A stretch of 64,000 nucleotides of DNA from Alphaproteobacteria bacterium (GCA_965204765.1 CBDBFG010000004.1:451402-515401), one strand, 5' to 3'. Numbered from the stretch's first letter, positions 27,893 through 39,698 are shown. Numbers and translations: made by a program. The notes: generated by a model from the letters alone, not told the origin.

Positions 27893-29056
27893 TTATTTCG
27901 ATATTTTGTTTCCTGGATGACGCGTTACTTTTGCTGCTAATTCTAGTTCTAGTAGGGTTGACAGCACTAGCGATGATGAATATGCGCATGCTCGTAATAA
28001 TTCATCAACATGAATAGGGGTAGTAGTTAGGTGTTCCAATATTTCTAGTCTAAGATTAGCAATAGATTTTTCATCTTGATTGTAGTCGCTTTCTTTTTCC
28101 GTGGTATAGTTAGTATAATCATCCACTTCACTGTGACTTTCATGCAGTACATGTTTATATGGTTCTTCTAATACATCAACTATATCTTGGGCGCATGTTA
28201 CCAGATTTGCACCATTTCTAATTAAATCATTGCTACCATGATATCTAGGGTCTAATGGCGATCCAGGAACGACGAACACATCTCTGTTTTGTTCAGAGGC
28301 ATATCTAGCTGTAATTAGTGATCCAGATTGCAAGGCTGCTTCAACTACTATGGTCCCTTGTGATAATGCTGCTATTAGATAGTTTCTTTTAGGAAACAGA
28401 CACCCCTTTGGTTCAGTGCCAATGGGAGATTCGGCAACAACTACGCCATTGTCATATATTTCATGATATAAGGTTTGATTTTCTGTTGGGTATATTTGAT
28501 CAATACCACCAGCTATTACAGCTATAGTTCCTGTTTCTAAAGCACCTTTGTGAGCTTGGGCATCAATACCGCGTGCTAATCCTGATACTGTTATGTATCC
28601 TTCTGCTCCTAGTTCTTTAGCCAATAAATAAGCAATTTTTTTGCCGTTTATAGAACAATTGCGTGCTCCGATTATACTTACCGCTTTTTTATTAAAGTGT
28701 TCGGCTTTTCCTTTGATGCTGAGGATAGGAGGGGCTTCATATACGCCTTGTAAAATGTCTGGAAAGTCACATTCCCCATCTACTACTATTCTAGCACCGA
28801 TTTTTTCATGTTGTTCTATTTCTTCTACCGCACTTGATTCTGGATAAAGTTTCAGATTGGCGTTTAGTCCTCCTCTGGCTGCTAATTCAGGTAGCACATC
28901 CAGCGCTCTTACAGCATTTTTATACTTTGATAAAAGATTTCTGTAGGTAACTGAGCCAACATTTTGTGATCTATACAGCCTAATACGAGCTATTTTTTCC
29001 TGAGTGGAGATATTAGATTTGTACAGACTACTTTTTTTGAATGGAATTACGCCCAA
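27893..29056 (-). CDS. dprA: DNA-processing protein DprA (Smf)
   Basis: SGLARGIDAQAHKGAL..G.TIAV.AGG.D..YP..N and VVVEA...SGSLITA motifs. Conserved dprA-topA adjacency. Confidence 0.88.
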   Translation of the reverse strand: MGVIPFKKSSLYKSNISTQEKIARIRLYRSQNVGSVTYRNLLSKYKNAVRALDVLPELAARGGLNANLKLYPESSAVEEIEQHEKIGARIVVDGECDFPDILQGVYEAPPILSIKGKAEHFNKKAVSIIGARNCSINGKKIAYLLAKELGAEGYITVSGLARGIDAQAHKGALETGTIAVIAGGIDQIYPTENQTLYHEIYDNGVVVAESPIGTEPKGCLFPKRNYLIAALSQGTIVVEAALQSGSLITARYASEQNRDVFVVPGSPLDPRYHGSNDLIRNGANLVTCAQDIVDVLEEPYKHVLHESHSEVDDYTNYTTEKESDYNQDEKSIANLRLEILEHLTTTPIHVDELLRACAYSSSLVLSTLLELELAAKVTRHPGNKISK

Positions 29057-29750
29057 TTTTTTTCTCCTGCTTCTTTATAATTCTTGCAATATTATCTTTG
29101 TGTTTGCAAAAGATAAAAATTGTTAATACCCATAGCCAAATATTTGGCTGTTTTGATGGTTGCATTAATATGTCGATAAAAGGAATAGTTATAAAGCTTA
29201 CCAGGGCTGCGGCCGAAGATATCTTGGTACGCCAGAATACTAATCCCCATATTATTACCCCTATCATTGTCAAGGTATAAGAGTAATATATCAGTATTCC
29301 TAGCCCAGTGGCTATTCCTTTCCCTCCTTTTAGTCCAAGCCAAAAAGGAAACATATGTCCCATCACAGGTATTAGATAATGGAAAGAATATTGATAGTCA
29401 ACGTATATTATTTTTTGATTAAGGTACCCTATAAGTGCCAGTGGTGCATAACCTTTTAGTAAATCTAATAGCAATGTTAAAGCAGCAGACAATTTGTCTC
29501 CTGTGCGGAAGACATTTGTGGCTCCTATATTGCCTGAACCAATTTGCCTAATATCTGTTTTTAGTTTTACTCGTGCAATAATAAACCCAAATGGTATTGA
29601 TCCTAATAGGTACAAGAATGATACGGCTATAAATGAATGTGCAATAGCTAGGGGTTGGGTTAAATTGAGGTAATACCCATTACATAATACGAAAATTATA
29701 GCGGCAACTACTACTATTAATGCGTCGGTTAAGTTATTTATTTTTTGCAT
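29028..29750 (-). CDS. plsY: Glycerol-3-phosphate acyltransferase PlsY
   Basis: GSGNIGATNVFRTG and KGGKG motifs in a polytopic membrane protein. Confidence 0.88.
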   Translation of the reverse strand: MQKINNLTDALIVVVAAIIFVLCNGYYLNLTQPLAIAHSFIAVSFLYLLGSIPFGFIIARVKLKTDIRQIGSGNIGATNVFRTGDKLSAALTLLLDLLKGYAPLALIGYLNQKIIYVDYQYSFHYLIPVMGHMFPFWLGLKGGKGIATGLGILIYYSYTLTMIGVIIWGLVFWRTKISSAAALVSFITIPFIDILMQPSKQPNIWLWVLTIFIFCKHKDNIARIIKKQEKKIGRNSIQKK

Positions 29751-30463
29751 TATGCACCATTTTGTCTGTAGTACTCATAGCAGGATACAGCGGCAGCATT
29801 AGAGGCATTTAATGTAGAAAATACAGGGTTTGTTGGGATAGTTAACAGTAAATCGCATTTTTCTTTTGTTAATCTGCGTAACCCTTTTCCTTCTGATCCA
29901 ATTACTATTGCTATATTGCCTGTTAAATCATAATTGTTGATATTTTGTGTTCCATCTTCGTCTAGCCCGATACACCAAAAACCTTTGCCTTTAAGATGAT
30001 CAAGGGTGCTAGCCAGATTTTTAGTGGTGATAATTGGTAATTGTTCGGTTCCACCGGATGATATTTTGGTAATAATCGGGTTAGTAATTGTCGCGCTATT
30101 GTGGTGTGTAATGATTATTGCCTGTGCTTGAAATGCCGCAGCTGTTCTTATTATAGCACCAACATTGTGTGGGTCTGTTAGTTGATCCAATACAACGACT
30201 AATGATCCTGTTTCTGATGTGGGGATTTCTTTGTAAGATAGGTTTTGCTTAAAACGTGTGTTAAGCGCTATGCCTTGGTGATTGGCGTTATTAAATTGTT
30301 GGTCGAAATAGCTAAGATCAACAGTCTCTATTAGAAGGTTATGGTGTGGCTCTAGGTTAAGCTGTGTTCGATCAAAAGATTTGTTGATAATAAGTTTACA
30401 ATGCTCTCTGTTTGGATTTTGCAGTGCAGAGATAACTGCATGTTTACCATATATCCAAGGCAT
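29750..30463 (-). CDS. rlmB: TrmH/SpoU-family RNA 2'-O-methyltransferase (RlmB-like)
   Basis: DPHNVGAIIRTA, IVIGSEGKGL and LNASNAAAV (SpoU motifs 1-3). Confidence 0.8.
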   Translation of the reverse strand: MPWIYGKHAVISALQNPNREHCKLIINKSFDRTQLNLEPHHNLLIETVDLSYFDQQFNNANHQGIALNTRFKQNLSYKEIPTSETGSLVVVLDQLTDPHNVGAIIRTAAAFQAQAIIITHHNSATITNPIITKISSGGTEQLPIITTKNLASTLDHLKGKGFWCIGLDEDGTQNINNYDLTGNIAIVIGSEGKGLRRLTKEKCDLLLTIPTNPVFSTLNASNAAAVSCYEYYRQNGA

Positions 30464-30654
30464 ATCAGTTACATATTTTTTTCTATCATTGCTCTATTGT
30501 ATCAAAAGTCAACGTTTTTTTATAAATGTACACATAGTTAGCTCTGCTTATTTTCCTTGCTGACGGTATAATATCATAATTGCTAGGTAATAAAAAAATC
30601 TGATTAATTCATCATATGCAAAGCGAAATGATTAGCGTATTTATTTTTTTAGCG

Positions 30655-30682
30655 TTGACAATAACGTAGCAAATCTTATAGA
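30655..30682 (+). promoter_or_regulatory. Sigma-70-type promoter candidate for the tRNA-Tyr/tRNA-Gly/tuf unit
   Basis: TTGACA (30655..30660), a 16-nt spacer, then TATAGA (30677..30682), about 30 nt upstream of tRNA-Tyr. Confidence 0.45.
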
Positions 30683-30711
30683 ACTTCATATAAGGTGTTC
30701 CACACTTAAGA

Positions 30712-30797
30712 GGAGGGATGGCCGAGTGGTTAAAGGCAGCAGACTGTAAATCTGCCGACGTTAGTCTACGTAGGTTCGAATCCTACTCCCTCCACCA
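30712..30797 (+). tRNA. tRNA-Tyr (anticodon GUA)
   Basis: Acceptor GGAGGGA/TCCCTCC, anticodon loop CTGTAAA, long variable arm, T-arm GGTTCGAATCC. CCA encoded. Confidence 0.95.
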
Positions 30798-30799
30798 TC

Positions 30800-30873
30800 G
30801 CGGGTGTAGCTTAATGGTAAAGCTCCAGCCTTCCAAGCTGGCTATGAGGGTTCGATTCCCTTCACCCGCTCCA
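30800..30873 (+). tRNA. tRNA-Gly (anticodon UCC)
   Basis: Acceptor GCGGGTG/CACCCGC, anticodon stem-loop CCAGC-CTTCCAA-GCTGG, T-arm GGTTCGATTCC. CCA encoded. Confidence 0.95.
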
Positions 30874-30882
30874 TTGTCTTAG

Positions 30883-32122
30883 GTGTTTAAAGCTATAAAT
30901 TGATAATTAAAGATGTATGGAAGGTAGAGATGAGCAAGGAGAAGTTTGAGAGGAATAAGCCTCACGTTAATATAGGAACGATAGGTCACGTTGATCATGG
31001 TAAGACTACGTTGACGGCTGCGATTACGAAGGTATTGGGAGATGCTGGAGGAGCTGAGTTTACGGATTATGATCAGATAGATAAGGCACCTGAGGAGAAG
31101 GCTAGGGGTATAACGATTAATACTTCTCATGTTGAGTATGAGACGGAGAATCGTCATTATGCGCACGTTGATTGTCCTGGTCACGCGGATTATGTGAAGA
31201 ACATGATTACTGGAGCTGCGCAGATGGATGGTGGTATATTGGTTGTGAATGCTGCTGATGGTCCTATGCCTCAGACACGTGAGCACATACTTTTGGCCCG
31301 TCAGGTTAACGTTCCTGCGTTGGTTGTTTATATGAACAAGGTTGATCAGGTTGATGACGAGGAGTTGTTGGATTTGGTTGAGTTGGAGATTCGTGAGTTA
31401 TTGAGTAGTTATGAGTTTCCTGGTGATGATATACCGATTATTAGAGGTTCTGCGCTTTGTGCGTTGGAAGGTAGGGAAGATAAGATAGGTCGTGATTCTA
31501 TTTTAGAATTAATGAAGTCTGTTGATAGTTTTATACCTGAGCCTAAGCGTGATATAGACAAGCCATTTTTGATGCCGATAGAGGATGTATTTTCGATATC
31601 TGGTCGTGGTACGGTTGTTACAGGTCGAGTTGAGCGTGGTATTGTTAAGGTTGGTGACGAGATAGAGATGGTTGGTATACGAGATACTAGCAAGACTACT
31701 GTTACTGGTGTAGAGATGTTCCGTAAGCTTTTGGATGAAGGTCGAGCTGGTGATAACGTTGGAGTGTTGCTTCGAGGAGTTGGTCGAGAGGATATAGAGC
31801 GTGGTCAAGTTTTGGCGCATCCTGGTACGGTATCTCCACATACGGAGTTTGAGTGTGAGGCTTATGTTCTTACTAAGGAAGAGGGTGGGCGTCATACGCC
31901 GTTTTTTGGTAATTATCGCCCGCAGTTTTATTTTAGGACGACAGATGTTACTGGTTCTGTAGAGTTGTTGGGTGGTAAAGAGATGGTTATGCCCGGTGAC
32001 AATGTGAAGATGAAAGTTCAGTTGATATCTCCGATAGCTATGGATGAGGGTGATCGTTTTGCTATTCGTGAGGGTGGTAGAACTGTTGGTGCTGGTGTTA
32101 TTAGTAAAATTATTAAATAGTT
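30883..32122 (+). repeat. 1240-bp direct repeat, copy 1 (tuf with 47 bp upstream and 2 bp downstream)
   Basis: Appears base-for-base identical to 46941..48180 (offset 16058). Sampled lines match, the proteins match, and the antisense shadow ORFs in other frames are also identical. Confidence 0.85.
30930..32120 (+). CDS. tuf: Elongation factor Tu (copy 1)
   Basis: [31 protein letters not shown]..., [12 protein letters not shown]. The ATG at 30930 is preceded by GGAAGGTAGAG; the ORF-track TTG at 30900 is rejected. Confidence 0.97.
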   Translation: MSKEKFERNKPHVNIGTIGHVDHGKTTLTAAITKVLGDAGGAEFTDYDQIDKAPEEKARGITINTSHVEYETENRHYAHVDCPGHADYVKNMITGAAQMDGGILVVNAADGPMPQTREHILLARQVNVPALVVYMNKVDQVDDEELLDLVELEIRELLSSYEFPGDDIPIIRGSALCALEGREDKIGRDSILELMKSVDSFIPEPKRDIDKPFLMPIEDVFSISGRGTVVTGRVERGIVKVGDEIEMVGIRDTSKTTVTGVEMFRKLLDEGRAGDNVGVLLRGVGREDIERGQVLAHPGTVSPHTEFECEAYVLTKEEGGRHTPFFGNYRPQFYFRTTDVTGSVELLGGKEMVMPGDNVKMKVQLISPIAMDEGDRFAIREGGRTVGAGVISKIIK

Positions 32123-32142
32123 TTATAACTTAATACTAAAGT

Positions 32143-32165
32143 CAACCTTTGATAGGTTGGCTTTT
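32143..32165 (+). terminator. Weak rho-independent terminator candidate after tuf copy 1
   Basis: CAACCT-ttgat-AGGTTG hairpin followed by GCTTTT. Confidence 0.35.
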
Positions 32166-32181
32166 GCACATGGAAAAAAGG

Positions 32182-32257
32182 AGGAGTGTAGCTCAATTGG
32201 TAGAGCGTCGGTCTCCAAAACCGAAGGTTGGGGGTTCGATCCCCTCCACTCCTGCCA
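32182..32257 (+). tRNA. tRNA-Trp (anticodon CCA)
   Basis: Acceptor AGGAGTG/CACTCCT, anticodon stem-loop TCGGT-CTCCAAA-ACCGA, T-arm GGTTCGATCCC. CCA encoded. Confidence 0.95.
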
Positions 32258-32274
32258 AATAAGGGGATTTTTTT

Positions 32275-32463
32275 ATGTTTGCTTCTGTTGTAACCTTTGT
32301 GAGACAAGTTAGTTACGAGATAAAAAAGACAGTTTGGCCTACTAGGCAAGAGACAATTGTTACGTCTATTATGGTGTTCGTGTTGGCATTTATTGCTGCA
32401 ATGTTTTTTCTTATGGCGGATATTTCCATAGAATATGTTGTTAATTTAATTTTGGGTAAGTGA
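32275..32463 (+). CDS. secE: Preprotein translocase subunit SecE
   Basis: 62 aa with a single TM helix. E.KK..WPTR.ET motif. Position before nusG. Confidence 0.9.
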   Translation: MFASVVTFVRQVSYEIKKTVWPTRQETIVTSIMVFVLAFIAAMFFLMADISIEYVVNLILGK

Positions 32464-32465
32464 TT

Positions 32466-32999
32466 ATGGCTAATGCTCGTTGGTATGTTGTTAATGTTTA
32501 TGCTGGTTCTGAAAAAAAAGTGGCAGAGTCCATAAAAGAACAGGCCGAACAGAAGAAGCTTACAGAACAGGTTATTGATGTTCTTGTTCCGATGGAAAAG
32601 ACTGTGGAAATTAAGCGCGGAGAAAAGATTAATACGGAAAAAAATTTTTTCCCCGGTTATGTTTTGGTGCATATGGTTTTGTCAGATGAAAGTTGGCATT
32701 TGATTAGTAATGTTCCTAAAGTTACTGGTTTTCTTGGTGGTAAGGGTAAGCCTTCTCCTGTCTCGAAAAGTGAAGTTGATAGAATTGTATCATATATGGA
32801 GGAGCAAAAAGATTCTCCTGTCTACGCATGTAATTTTGTTGTGGGAGAGGAGGTTGTTGTAGTGGATGGTCCTTTTTCCAGTTTTAATGGTGCTATTGAG
32901 GAGATTGATGAGGAAAAAAACAGGTTAAAGGTTTCGGTAATGATTTTTGGGCGTGCCACTCCTGTGGAATTGGAGTTTAGTCAGGTGAAGAAAATATAA
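32466..32999 (+). CDS. nusG: Transcription termination/antitermination factor NusG
   Basis: RWYVV.VY.G.EKKV, FPGYVLV, and the KOW region G..V.V.DGPF..F.G.I.E. Confidence 0.93.
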   Translation: MANARWYVVNVYAGSEKKVAESIKEQAEQKKLTEQVIDVLVPMEKTVEIKRGEKINTEKNFFPGYVLVHMVLSDESWHLISNVPKVTGFLGGKGKPSPVSKSEVDRIVSYMEEQKDSPVYACNFVVGEEVVVVDGPFSSFNGAIEEIDEEKNRLKVSVMIFGRATPVELEFSQVKKI

Positions 33000-33113
33000 T
33001 TTTTTCTGTTGCAAGTTTATTGAAATAATACTATACAGTAACAGAAATATGTGTTGTGCGGTGGGATGTGGCCATATCTGTACCGCGCGCCTTTAACGTT
33101 TTTAGAGGATAAA

Positions 33114-33542
33114 ATGGCAAAAAAAATTCAAGGTTATATCAAGTTACAAATCGAAGCTGGGAAGGCTAATCCTTCTCCTCCTGTAGGTCCGGCTCTTGGG
33201 CAACAGGGTGTGAATATTATGGAGTTTTGTAAATCTTTTAACGACAAGACCAAGGGTATGGAGGCTGGTATGCCAATACCTGTGATGATTACCGTATATC
33301 AGGATAAAAGTTTTGACTTTATCACAAAAACTCCACCGGCATCTTATTTTTTGAAGAAATTTGTAGGTATAAAAAGCGGTTCTAGTAACCCTGGCCGAGA
33401 TGTTGCGGGTACTGTTACTCGTGAGCAGTTGCAAAAGGTGGCAGAAGCCAAGATGGAAGATTTAAATGCTCATGATATCGAGGTTGCTATCAAGATTGTT
33501 GCTGGTTCTGCGACATCTATGGGATTAAAGGTTGAGGGGTAG
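33114..33542 (+). CDS. rplK: 50S ribosomal protein L11
   Basis: [42 protein letters not shown] at 33114 after AGAGGA; the ORF-track extension from 33051 is rejected. Confidence 0.96.
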   Translation: MAKKIQGYIKLQIEAGKANPSPPVGPALGQQGVNIMEFCKSFNDKTKGMEAGMPIPVMITVYQDKSFDFITKTPPASYFLKKFVGIKSGSSNPGRDVAGTVTREQLQKVAEAKMEDLNAHDIEVAIKIVAGSATSMGLKVEG

Positions 33543-33544
33543 TT

Positions 33545-34234
33545 ATGGCTAGAGTTAGTAAGAGAGTTCGTAAGTCATACGATGGTTTTGACAGAGGTGC
33601 TGTGTTTGCTTTAGATCAAGCTTTGGCCAAGGTTAAGGAGCTTGCTAGTGCAAAATTTGATGAAACGGTTGATATTTCTATTAATTTGAATATCGATACG
33701 AAAAAAGCAGAGCAGAATTTGCGAGGTGTGGTTAGTTTGCCTCATGGTACTGGGAAAAAAATAAGAGTTGCTGCTTTTGTCGGTGATGATCAGGTTAAGG
33801 AAGCAAAGTCTGCCGGTGCTGATGTAGTTGGTGGAGATAGTCTTGTGGATAGTATTCGCGGTGGTAATATTGATTTTGATCGATGTGTTGCCACTCCTGA
33901 TATGATGGATGTTGTTGGTAAAGTAGCAAGAGTTCTTGGTCCTAAAGGGTTAATGCCTAATCCTAAGTTGGGTACTGTTGATAGTGATTTTGCTTCTGCT
34001 ATTAAGCGTATAAAAGCTGGTCAGGTGGAGTACCGGGCTGAGAAAAATGGTATAATTCATGCTGGTTTAGGTAAAGTTAGTTTTTCTGTTGAGCATTTGG
34101 TTGAGAATGTAAAGTGCTTTGTGGATGAGGTGGTAAAGACTAAGCCTGGTACGGTAAAAGGTGTGTATTTGAGAAGGGTGGTTCTTAGTTCTACTATGGG
34201 GCCGGCTTTGGATATTGATGTATCCAGTGTATAG
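33545..34234 (+). CDS. rplA: 50S ribosomal protein L1
   Basis: FDETVD....L.ID..K..Q.LRG...LPHGTGK motif; 229 aa. Confidence 0.96.
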   Translation: MARVSKRVRKSYDGFDRGAVFALDQALAKVKELASAKFDETVDISINLNIDTKKAEQNLRGVVSLPHGTGKKIRVAAFVGDDQVKEAKSAGADVVGGDSLVDSIRGGNIDFDRCVATPDMMDVVGKVARVLGPKGLMPNPKLGTVDSDFASAIKRIKAGQVEYRAEKNGIIHAGLGKVSFSVEHLVENVKCFVDEVVKTKPGTVKGVYLRRVVLSSTMGPALDIDVSSV

Positions 34235-34366
34235 TGTGTGCTATTGTTATTTTGTCTGAGACTGTGGGTGCGTGAAATAGGGTAAATCCTGCATAGACTT
34301 GAAAATAATTCTTACAAGTTTTCTGACAAGATATTAGCCTAATTATTTTTTTAGTGTGGAGATAAT

Positions 34367-34873
34367 ATGGATAGGAATGAAAAGCGAGCATTTGTAGATT
34401 CTTTTCGTAAAGATATTGAATCATCAAATATGGTGATACTTGTCAAGCAAACTGCATTGACAGTTGCGGAGAGTACTGAATTGCGCGTTAATATTAGGGC
34501 TGCTGGTGCCAATTTTAAAGTGGTAAAAAATAGTTTGGCTCGTATAGCGGTTAAGGGATTGAATTGTGAGTCTGTTGCAGATAGTCTTGCGGGACCAACG
34601 GCATTTGCTTATTCTGATGATCCTGTGGCGAGTGCGAAGGTTATCTCTGATTTTTCAAAAAATAATGATGGTCTAGAAATATTGTGTGGCTCATTAAGTG
34701 GTGAGCATTTGGATGCTGGGTCTATACATAAGTTGGCATTGTTGCCAAGTCTTGATGAGCTTCGCGGTAAGCTTGTTGGTCTAATTACTTCACCTGCTGC
34801 GAAAATTGCTAGTACAGTGCAGGCTCCTGCTTCTGATCTGGCAAGAGTTTTTTCCGCATATGGAAGTAAGTAG
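34367..34873 (+). CDS. rplJ: 50S ribosomal protein L10
   Basis: 168 aa. Position between rplA and rplL. LR...R..G..FKVVKN.LA motif. Confidence 0.93.
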   Translation: MDRNEKRAFVDSFRKDIESSNMVILVKQTALTVAESTELRVNIRAAGANFKVVKNSLARIAVKGLNCESVADSLAGPTAFAYSDDPVASAKVISDFSKNNDGLEILCGSLSGEHLDAGSIHKLALLPSLDELRGKLVGLITSPAAKIASTVQAPASDLARVFSAYGSK

Positions 34874-34906
34874 TAAGTTGTTAAATTGTTTAGTTAGGAG
34901 AATAAA

Positions 34907-35284
34907 ATGGCTGATTTAAATAAGATTGTTGAAGAGTTGTCTAAGTTGACAGTAATGGAAGCTGCTGATTTAGCGAAGAAGTTGGAAGAAGAGTGGGGTG
35001 TTTCTGCTGCCGCTCCTGTTGCGGTTGCTGCTGTTGCAGGTGGTGGTGATACTGCTGCTGCTGCTGCTGAGAAGAGTGAGTTTGATGTTGTGTTAGCATC
35101 TGTAGGTGACAAAAAGCTTAATGTGATTAAGGAAGTTAGAACTATTACAGGTCTTGGACTAAAAGAAGCTAAAGAGATGGTAGAGTCTGCTCCTAAGGTT
35201 GTAAAGGCTGGCGTTGCTAAAGGAGATGCTGATAAAATAAAAGCACAATTGGAAGGTGCTGGAGCATCAGTAGAGCTTAAATAA
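34907..35284 (+). CDS. rplL: 50S ribosomal protein L7/L12
   Basis: Ala-rich hinge and C-terminal [20 protein letters not shown]...K......A..IK..LE..GA.VELK. Confidence 0.96.
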   Translation: MADLNKIVEELSKLTVMEAADLAKKLEEEWGVSAAAPVAVAAVAGGGDTAAAAAEKSEFDVVLASVGDKKLNVIKEVRTITGLGLKEAKEMVESAPKVVKAGVAKGDADKIKAQLEGAGASVELK

Positions 35285-35293
35285 TGATTTTTT

Positions 35294-35317
35294 GTAGAGT
35301 TTGCAGCTCTACTTTTT
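35294..35317 (+). terminator. Hairpin with U-tract in the rplL-rpoB spacer (attenuator/partial terminator candidate)
   Basis: GTAGAG-tttgcag-CTCTAC followed by TTTTT. It occupies the position of the known enterobacterial rplL-rpoB attenuator. A second 8-bp hairpin, TGTGCAAA/TTTGCACA, lies at 35373..35400. Confidence 0.45.
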
Positions 35318-35446
35318 ATTGTAAAATTCGGCTATGCTCGTTTTTTTAGTTCTGAATTTTTTTATTTTATACTGTGCAAAGAATGTATATTTTTTGCACA
35401 CTTTTTGCTGTATATTTTTATTTAACTGACAATGAAGTGAGGCATA

Positions 35447-38400
35447 ATGTCATCTATTCCTGCTGGTCAAAAGCGTATTCGTAAGAGTTTTCACAAGATA
35501 GCAAGCGTTCTTGAGATGCCTAATCTAATAGAGTTACAAAAGAAGTCTTATGAAGATTTTTTGCAAAAAGATGTAATGCCTGATAAGAGGTGTGATCAGG
35601 GTTTGCAGGGGATTTTTAATAGTATTTTTCCTATTAGTGATTTTTCCGAAAAGGCTTTGCTCGAATTTCACAAGTATGACTTTGATAACCCTAAGTATGA
35701 TGTAGAAGAATGTCGTCAAAGAGGTGCTACTTATTCTGCGCCTTTGCGTGTTACTTTTCGTTTAGTGGTATGGGATATTGATGAGAGCACAGGGAGTCGC
35801 TCCGTTAGAGATATTAAAGATCAAACGGTATACATAGGTGATATGCCGTTAATGACAGAAAATGGTACTTTCATTATTAATGGTGTAGAGCGTGTGGTTG
35901 TATCACAAATGCACCGTTCTCCAGGGGTATTTTTTGATCATGACAAAGGTAAAACTCATGCCTCAGGGAAGTTTTTGTTTTCTGCTCGTGTGATACCTTA
36001 TCGTGGTTCTTGGTTAGATTTTGAATTTGATAGTAAAGACATATTGTATGTTCGTATCGATCGTAAGCGTAAGTTGCCGGCAACTACGCTTTTGATGGCG
36101 TTAGAAATGGCTGGTAAAAGTGAAGTTAATTCTTTAACTAGATCAGATATTCTGCAAACTTTTTATCAGGTATTAGGTTACAAAAAGTCTAAAACTGGCT
36201 GGGTTACTAAATTTGTTCCTGATCATTATAGGGCTGGTAAATTATGTCATGATTTGGTTGATGCCAAAAATGGTAAGGTTGTTATTAAGTCTGGTGAAAA
36301 AATTAGTCCTCGCAAGGCTAAAACTCTTTTTGATTCTGGCCTAAATGAGATAGTGGTTGATTCATCCGAATTATATTCTCGATACGTAGCCGAAGATATA
36401 ATTAATTCCAGTACTGGTGAGGTATTTGCTATGGCTGGTTCAGAAATTACAGAAGAATTGCTGGCTAAGCTTGGTGATGTAAAGGTCAATAATTTAAAAG
36501 TTTTGTTTATTGATAATGTACAGGTTGGTCCTTATCTAAGGGATACCTTATCGATCGATAAAAACTCTTCTAGGGAAGGTGCGTTGTTAGATATATACCG
36601 TGTAATGCGTCCGGGTGAGCCACCTACCTTTGAAAGTGCTGATGCGTTGTTTAAGTCATTATTCTTTGATATTGATCGTTACGATTTATCTGCTGTTGGT
36701 CGTGCAAAAATGAATCAACGTCTTAATGTTGATGAAAGTGAAGATTTACGCTGTTTATCTGCAAAAGATATAATAGAGATAGTAAAGATTCTTTTGAAAT
36801 TGAAAGATGGTAAAGAATATATCGATGATATAGATAACTTAGGCAACAGACGTGTACGTCCTGTCGGGGAGTTGTTAGAAAATCATTATAGATCTGGCAT
36901 GTCTAGAATGGAACGTGCTATGAGAGAGAGGATGAGCTCCGTTGATGTGGATGCTGTAATGCCACATGACTTGATAAATTCTAAGCCTATTTCCGCGGTT
37001 GTGAAGGAATTTTTTGCTTCTTCGCAATTGTCGCAATTTATGGATCAGGTGAATCCGTTGTCGGAGATTACTCATAAACGTCGTCTTTCAGCATTGGGTC
37101 CTGGTGGTCTGACACGTGATCGAGCTAGTTTTGAGGTGCGTGATGTGCATCCTACCCACTATGGTCGTATTTGTCCTATTGAAACACCGGAAGGTCCTAA
37201 TATTGGTTTGATAAATTCGTTGGCTTCATATGCTAGGGTGAACAAGTATGGATTTATTGAAAGTCCTTATTTTAAGGTTGTCAATGGTACGATTACTGAT
37301 GAAGTAACCTATATGTCTGCGATGGAGGAGGCGCGCCATTCGATAGCTCAGGCTGACGCGAAAATAGATGATAAAGGCATGTTAGTAGATGAGTTTGTTA
37401 GTTGCCGTAAAGGTGGTGAGTTTACTTTGGTGCATATCGATGAAATAGGCTATATAGATGTTTCTGCTAAGCAGTTAGTATCTGTAGCATCATCTCTGAT
37501 TCCATTTTTAGAGAATGATGATGCGAACCGAGCTTTGATGGGATCGAACATGCAAAGGCAGGCGGTGCCGCTAATGCAATCTGAGGCACCGATAGTTGGA
37601 ACAGGGATGGAGTCTGTAGTTGCTAAAGATTCTGGTGTTACTGTTTTAGCTGTTCGTGGTGGTGTTGTTGACCAGGTGGATGCTAATAGGATTGTTGTGC
37701 GCATATCTGATGATGATTCTAATGATTCATCTGTTGTGGATATCTATAAATTACAAAAATATCAACGATCTAACCAGGATACGTGTATTACGCAAAGGCC
37801 TTTAGTGAAATGTGGAGATGTTGTTAGTAAGGGCGATATAATAGCTGATGGACAGTCTACTGATGGTGGTGAGTTGGCATTAGGTCGTAACGTGCTGGTA
37901 GGTTTTTTGTCCTGGAATGGTTATAATTTTGAGGACTCTATAATAGTTTCTGAGCGTATAGTGAGTGAAGATGTGTATACTTCTATACACATAGAAGAGT
38001 TTGAAGTAGTTGCACGTGATACCAAGTTGGGACAAGAGGAAATTACGCGTGATATACCTAATATAGGTGATGATGCTTTGCGTTACTTAGATGAGGCCGG
38101 AATAGTTTCTATCGGTGCCGAGGTCAAGGCGGGTGATATTTTGGTTGGTAAGGTAACTCCGAAAGGTGAAACATCAGCTACCTCCGAGGAGAAGTTATTA
38201 CGTGCTATTTTTGGAGAAAAAGCATCAGACGTGCGTGATACCTCTTTGCGTGTTCCTCCTGGAGGGCGCGGTACAGTTGTGGAAGTAAAGGTTTTCAACC
38301 GTAGTGGTGTAGAAAAAGATGAGCGTTCTTTAGCAATTGAAAGAGCTGAAATAAATAAGCTTTTGCAAGACCGTGATACGGAAAGAAAAATTTTAGAATC

Positions 38401-39577
38401 AGCGTTACAATCTAGGTTGCGTGAGTTATTTATTGGTCAAAAAGCAGATTCGTTTCCTGGTAAAAAGAAAGCTGGTTTTGTAATCGATGCTGCCGCTTTG
38501 GATGAACTGACCGAAGCAGAGGTGCGTAAGGTATCTGTTGTGGATAGTGATATTCAGTCAGAGGTTGATTCGCTTGTAAAGCATCATGAAAGTAGAATAA
38601 AGCAGTTGTATAAGCATTTCGAAGACAAGGTAGAAAAGATACAGCGTGGCGATGATTTGCAGACTGGTGTTTTAAAAGTAGTTAAAGTATTTGTTGCTAC
38701 AAAGCGTAAGTTGCAACCAGGTGATAAAATGGCTGGGCGTCATGGAAACAAAGGGGTGGTTTCTAGGGTGGTGCCCGTAGAGGATATGCCTCATTTAGAA
38801 GATGGTACTCCTTTGGATGTGATTTTGAACCCTTTGGGGTTGCCGTCTAGAATGAACGTTGGACAAATTTTGGAGACTCATTTGGGTTGGGCTGCGCATG
38901 GTCTTGGTCGTCAAATTGCTAGTGTATTGAGTGATATGTACGATAACAAGAAAGATATTGCTGATTTGCGTGATTGTATGTTGGATTTATACAGTAGAGA
39001 CAGCGATGTGAATCTTATTAATAATATGCATGACGAAGATTTGATTGAAATAGCTCAGAATCAAGTCAAGGGTGTGCCAATGGCTACCCCAGTTTTTGAT
39101 GGTGCGAAAGAGTCAGATATTAATGATATGTTGGCAAAGGCTGGTTTTGATAGTTCTGGTCAGGTTACGTTGACAGACGGTATGACTGGCCGGATGTTTG
39201 AGCGTCCAGTGACTGTTGGTTACAAGTATATGCTGAAATTAAATCATATGGTTGATGATAAGATGCATGCTCGATCTGTTGGGCCATATAGTTTGGTTAT
39301 ACAACAGCCGTTGGGTGGTAAAGCGCAGTTTGGTGGTCAGCGTTTTGGAGAAATGGAGGTTTGGGCCCTGGAAGCTTATGGTGCATCTTATACCTTGCAA
39401 GAGATGTTGACTGTAAAATCTGATGATGTTTCTGGTCGTACAAAAGTCTATGAGGCTATCGTGCGAGGTGATGATAATTTTGAAGCTGGTATTCCTGAAT
39501 CCTTTAATGTCTTGGTTAAAGAATTACAGTCTTTGGGTATAGATGTAGAGTTTGGTAAAAATGAGGGTAATGCATAG
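35447..39577 (+). CDS. rpoB: DNA-directed RNA polymerase subunit beta
   Basis: 1376 aa. Contains [64 protein letters not shown]. Confidence 0.98.
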   Translation: MSSIPAGQKRIRKSFHKIASVLEMPNLIELQKKSYEDFLQKDVMPDKRCDQGLQGIFNSIFPISDFSEKALLEFHKYDFDNPKYDVEECRQRGATYSAPLRVTFRLVVWDIDESTGSRSVRDIKDQTVYIGDMPLMTENGTFIINGVERVVVSQMHRSPGVFFDHDKGKTHASGKFLFSARVIPYRGSWLDFEFDSKDILYVRIDRKRKLPATTLLMALEMAGKSEVNSLTRSDILQTFYQVLGYKKSKTGWVTKFVPDHYRAGKLCHDLVDAKNGKVVIKSGEKISPRKAKTLFDSGLNEIVVDSSELYSRYVAEDIINSSTGEVFAMAGSEITEELLAKLGDVKVNNLKVLFIDNVQVGPYLRDTLSIDKNSSREGALLDIYRVMRPGEPPTFESADALFKSLFFDIDRYDLSAVGRAKMNQRLNVDESEDLRCLSAKDIIEIVKILLKLKDGKEYIDDIDNLGNRRVRPVGELLENHYRSGMSRMERAMRERMSSVDVDAVMPHDLINSKPISAVVKEFFASSQLSQFMDQVNPLSEITHKRRLSALGPGGLTRDRASFEVRDVHPTHYGRICPIETPEGPNIGLINSLASYARVNKYGFIESPYFKVVNGTITDEVTYMSAMEEARHSIAQADAKIDDKGMLVDEFVSCRKGGEFTLVHIDEIGYIDVSAKQLVSVASSLIPFLENDDANRALMGSNMQRQAVPLMQSEAPIVGTGMESVVAKDSGVTVLAVRGGVVDQVDANRIVVRISDDDSNDSSVVDIYKLQKYQRSNQDTCITQRPLVKCGDVVSKGDIIADGQSTDGGELALGRNVLVGFLSWNGYNFEDSIIVSERIVSEDVYTSIHIEEFEVVARDTKLGQEEITRDIPNIGDDALRYLDEAGIVSIGAEVKAGDILVGKVTPKGETSATSEEKLLRAIFGEKASDVRDTSLRVPPGGRGTVVEVKVFNRSGVEKDERSLAIERAEINKLLQDRDTERKILESALQSRLRELFIGQKADSFPGKKKAGFVIDAAALDELTEAEVRKVSVVDSDIQSEVDSLVKHHESRIKQLYKHFEDKVEKIQRGDDLQTGVLKVVKVFVATKRKLQPGDKMAGRHGNKGVVSRVVPVEDMPHLEDGTPLDVILNPLGLPSRMNVGQILETHLGWAAHGLGRQIASVLSDMYDNKKDIADLRDCMLDLYSRDSDVNLINNMHDEDLIEIAQNQVKGVPMATPVFDGAKESDINDMLAKAGFDSSGQVTLTDGMTGRMFERPVTVGYKYMLKLNHMVDDKMHARSVGPYSLVIQQPLGGKAQFGGQRFGEMEVWALEAYGASYTLQEMLTVKSDDVSGRTKVYEAIVRGDDNFEAGIPESFNVLVKELQSLGIDVEFGKNEGNA

Positions 39578-39698
39578 TATTGCAAATATAGCGACTTAAT
39601 TTTTTATAGTTTTAGGTGTTGTAGTTTTTTATGAATTGCAATTATTGGGTAAGTAATCCTGTTATGCGTAAGCTAATAACCGTTTTTTGGAGCGAATA

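Noticed and set aside
27891-27989. N-terminal extension of the topA ORF that overlaps dprA by about 100 nt
   Set aside because: The conserved topoisomerase I N-terminus MKLVIVESPAKAKTI begins at the ATG at 27890, 3 nt after the dprA stop. The extension has no homology.
30879-31895. Long antisense ORFs inside both tuf copies (30879..31286, 31409..31693, 31509..31895, and the equivalents 46925..47344, 47467..47751, 47567..48220)
   Set aside because: These are shadow ORFs. The sense strand of these highly expressed genes is G+T-rich, so the antisense frames contain few stop codons. The translations are low-complexity (runs of S, T, N, R, L, I), and they overlap a gene under extreme purifying selection.
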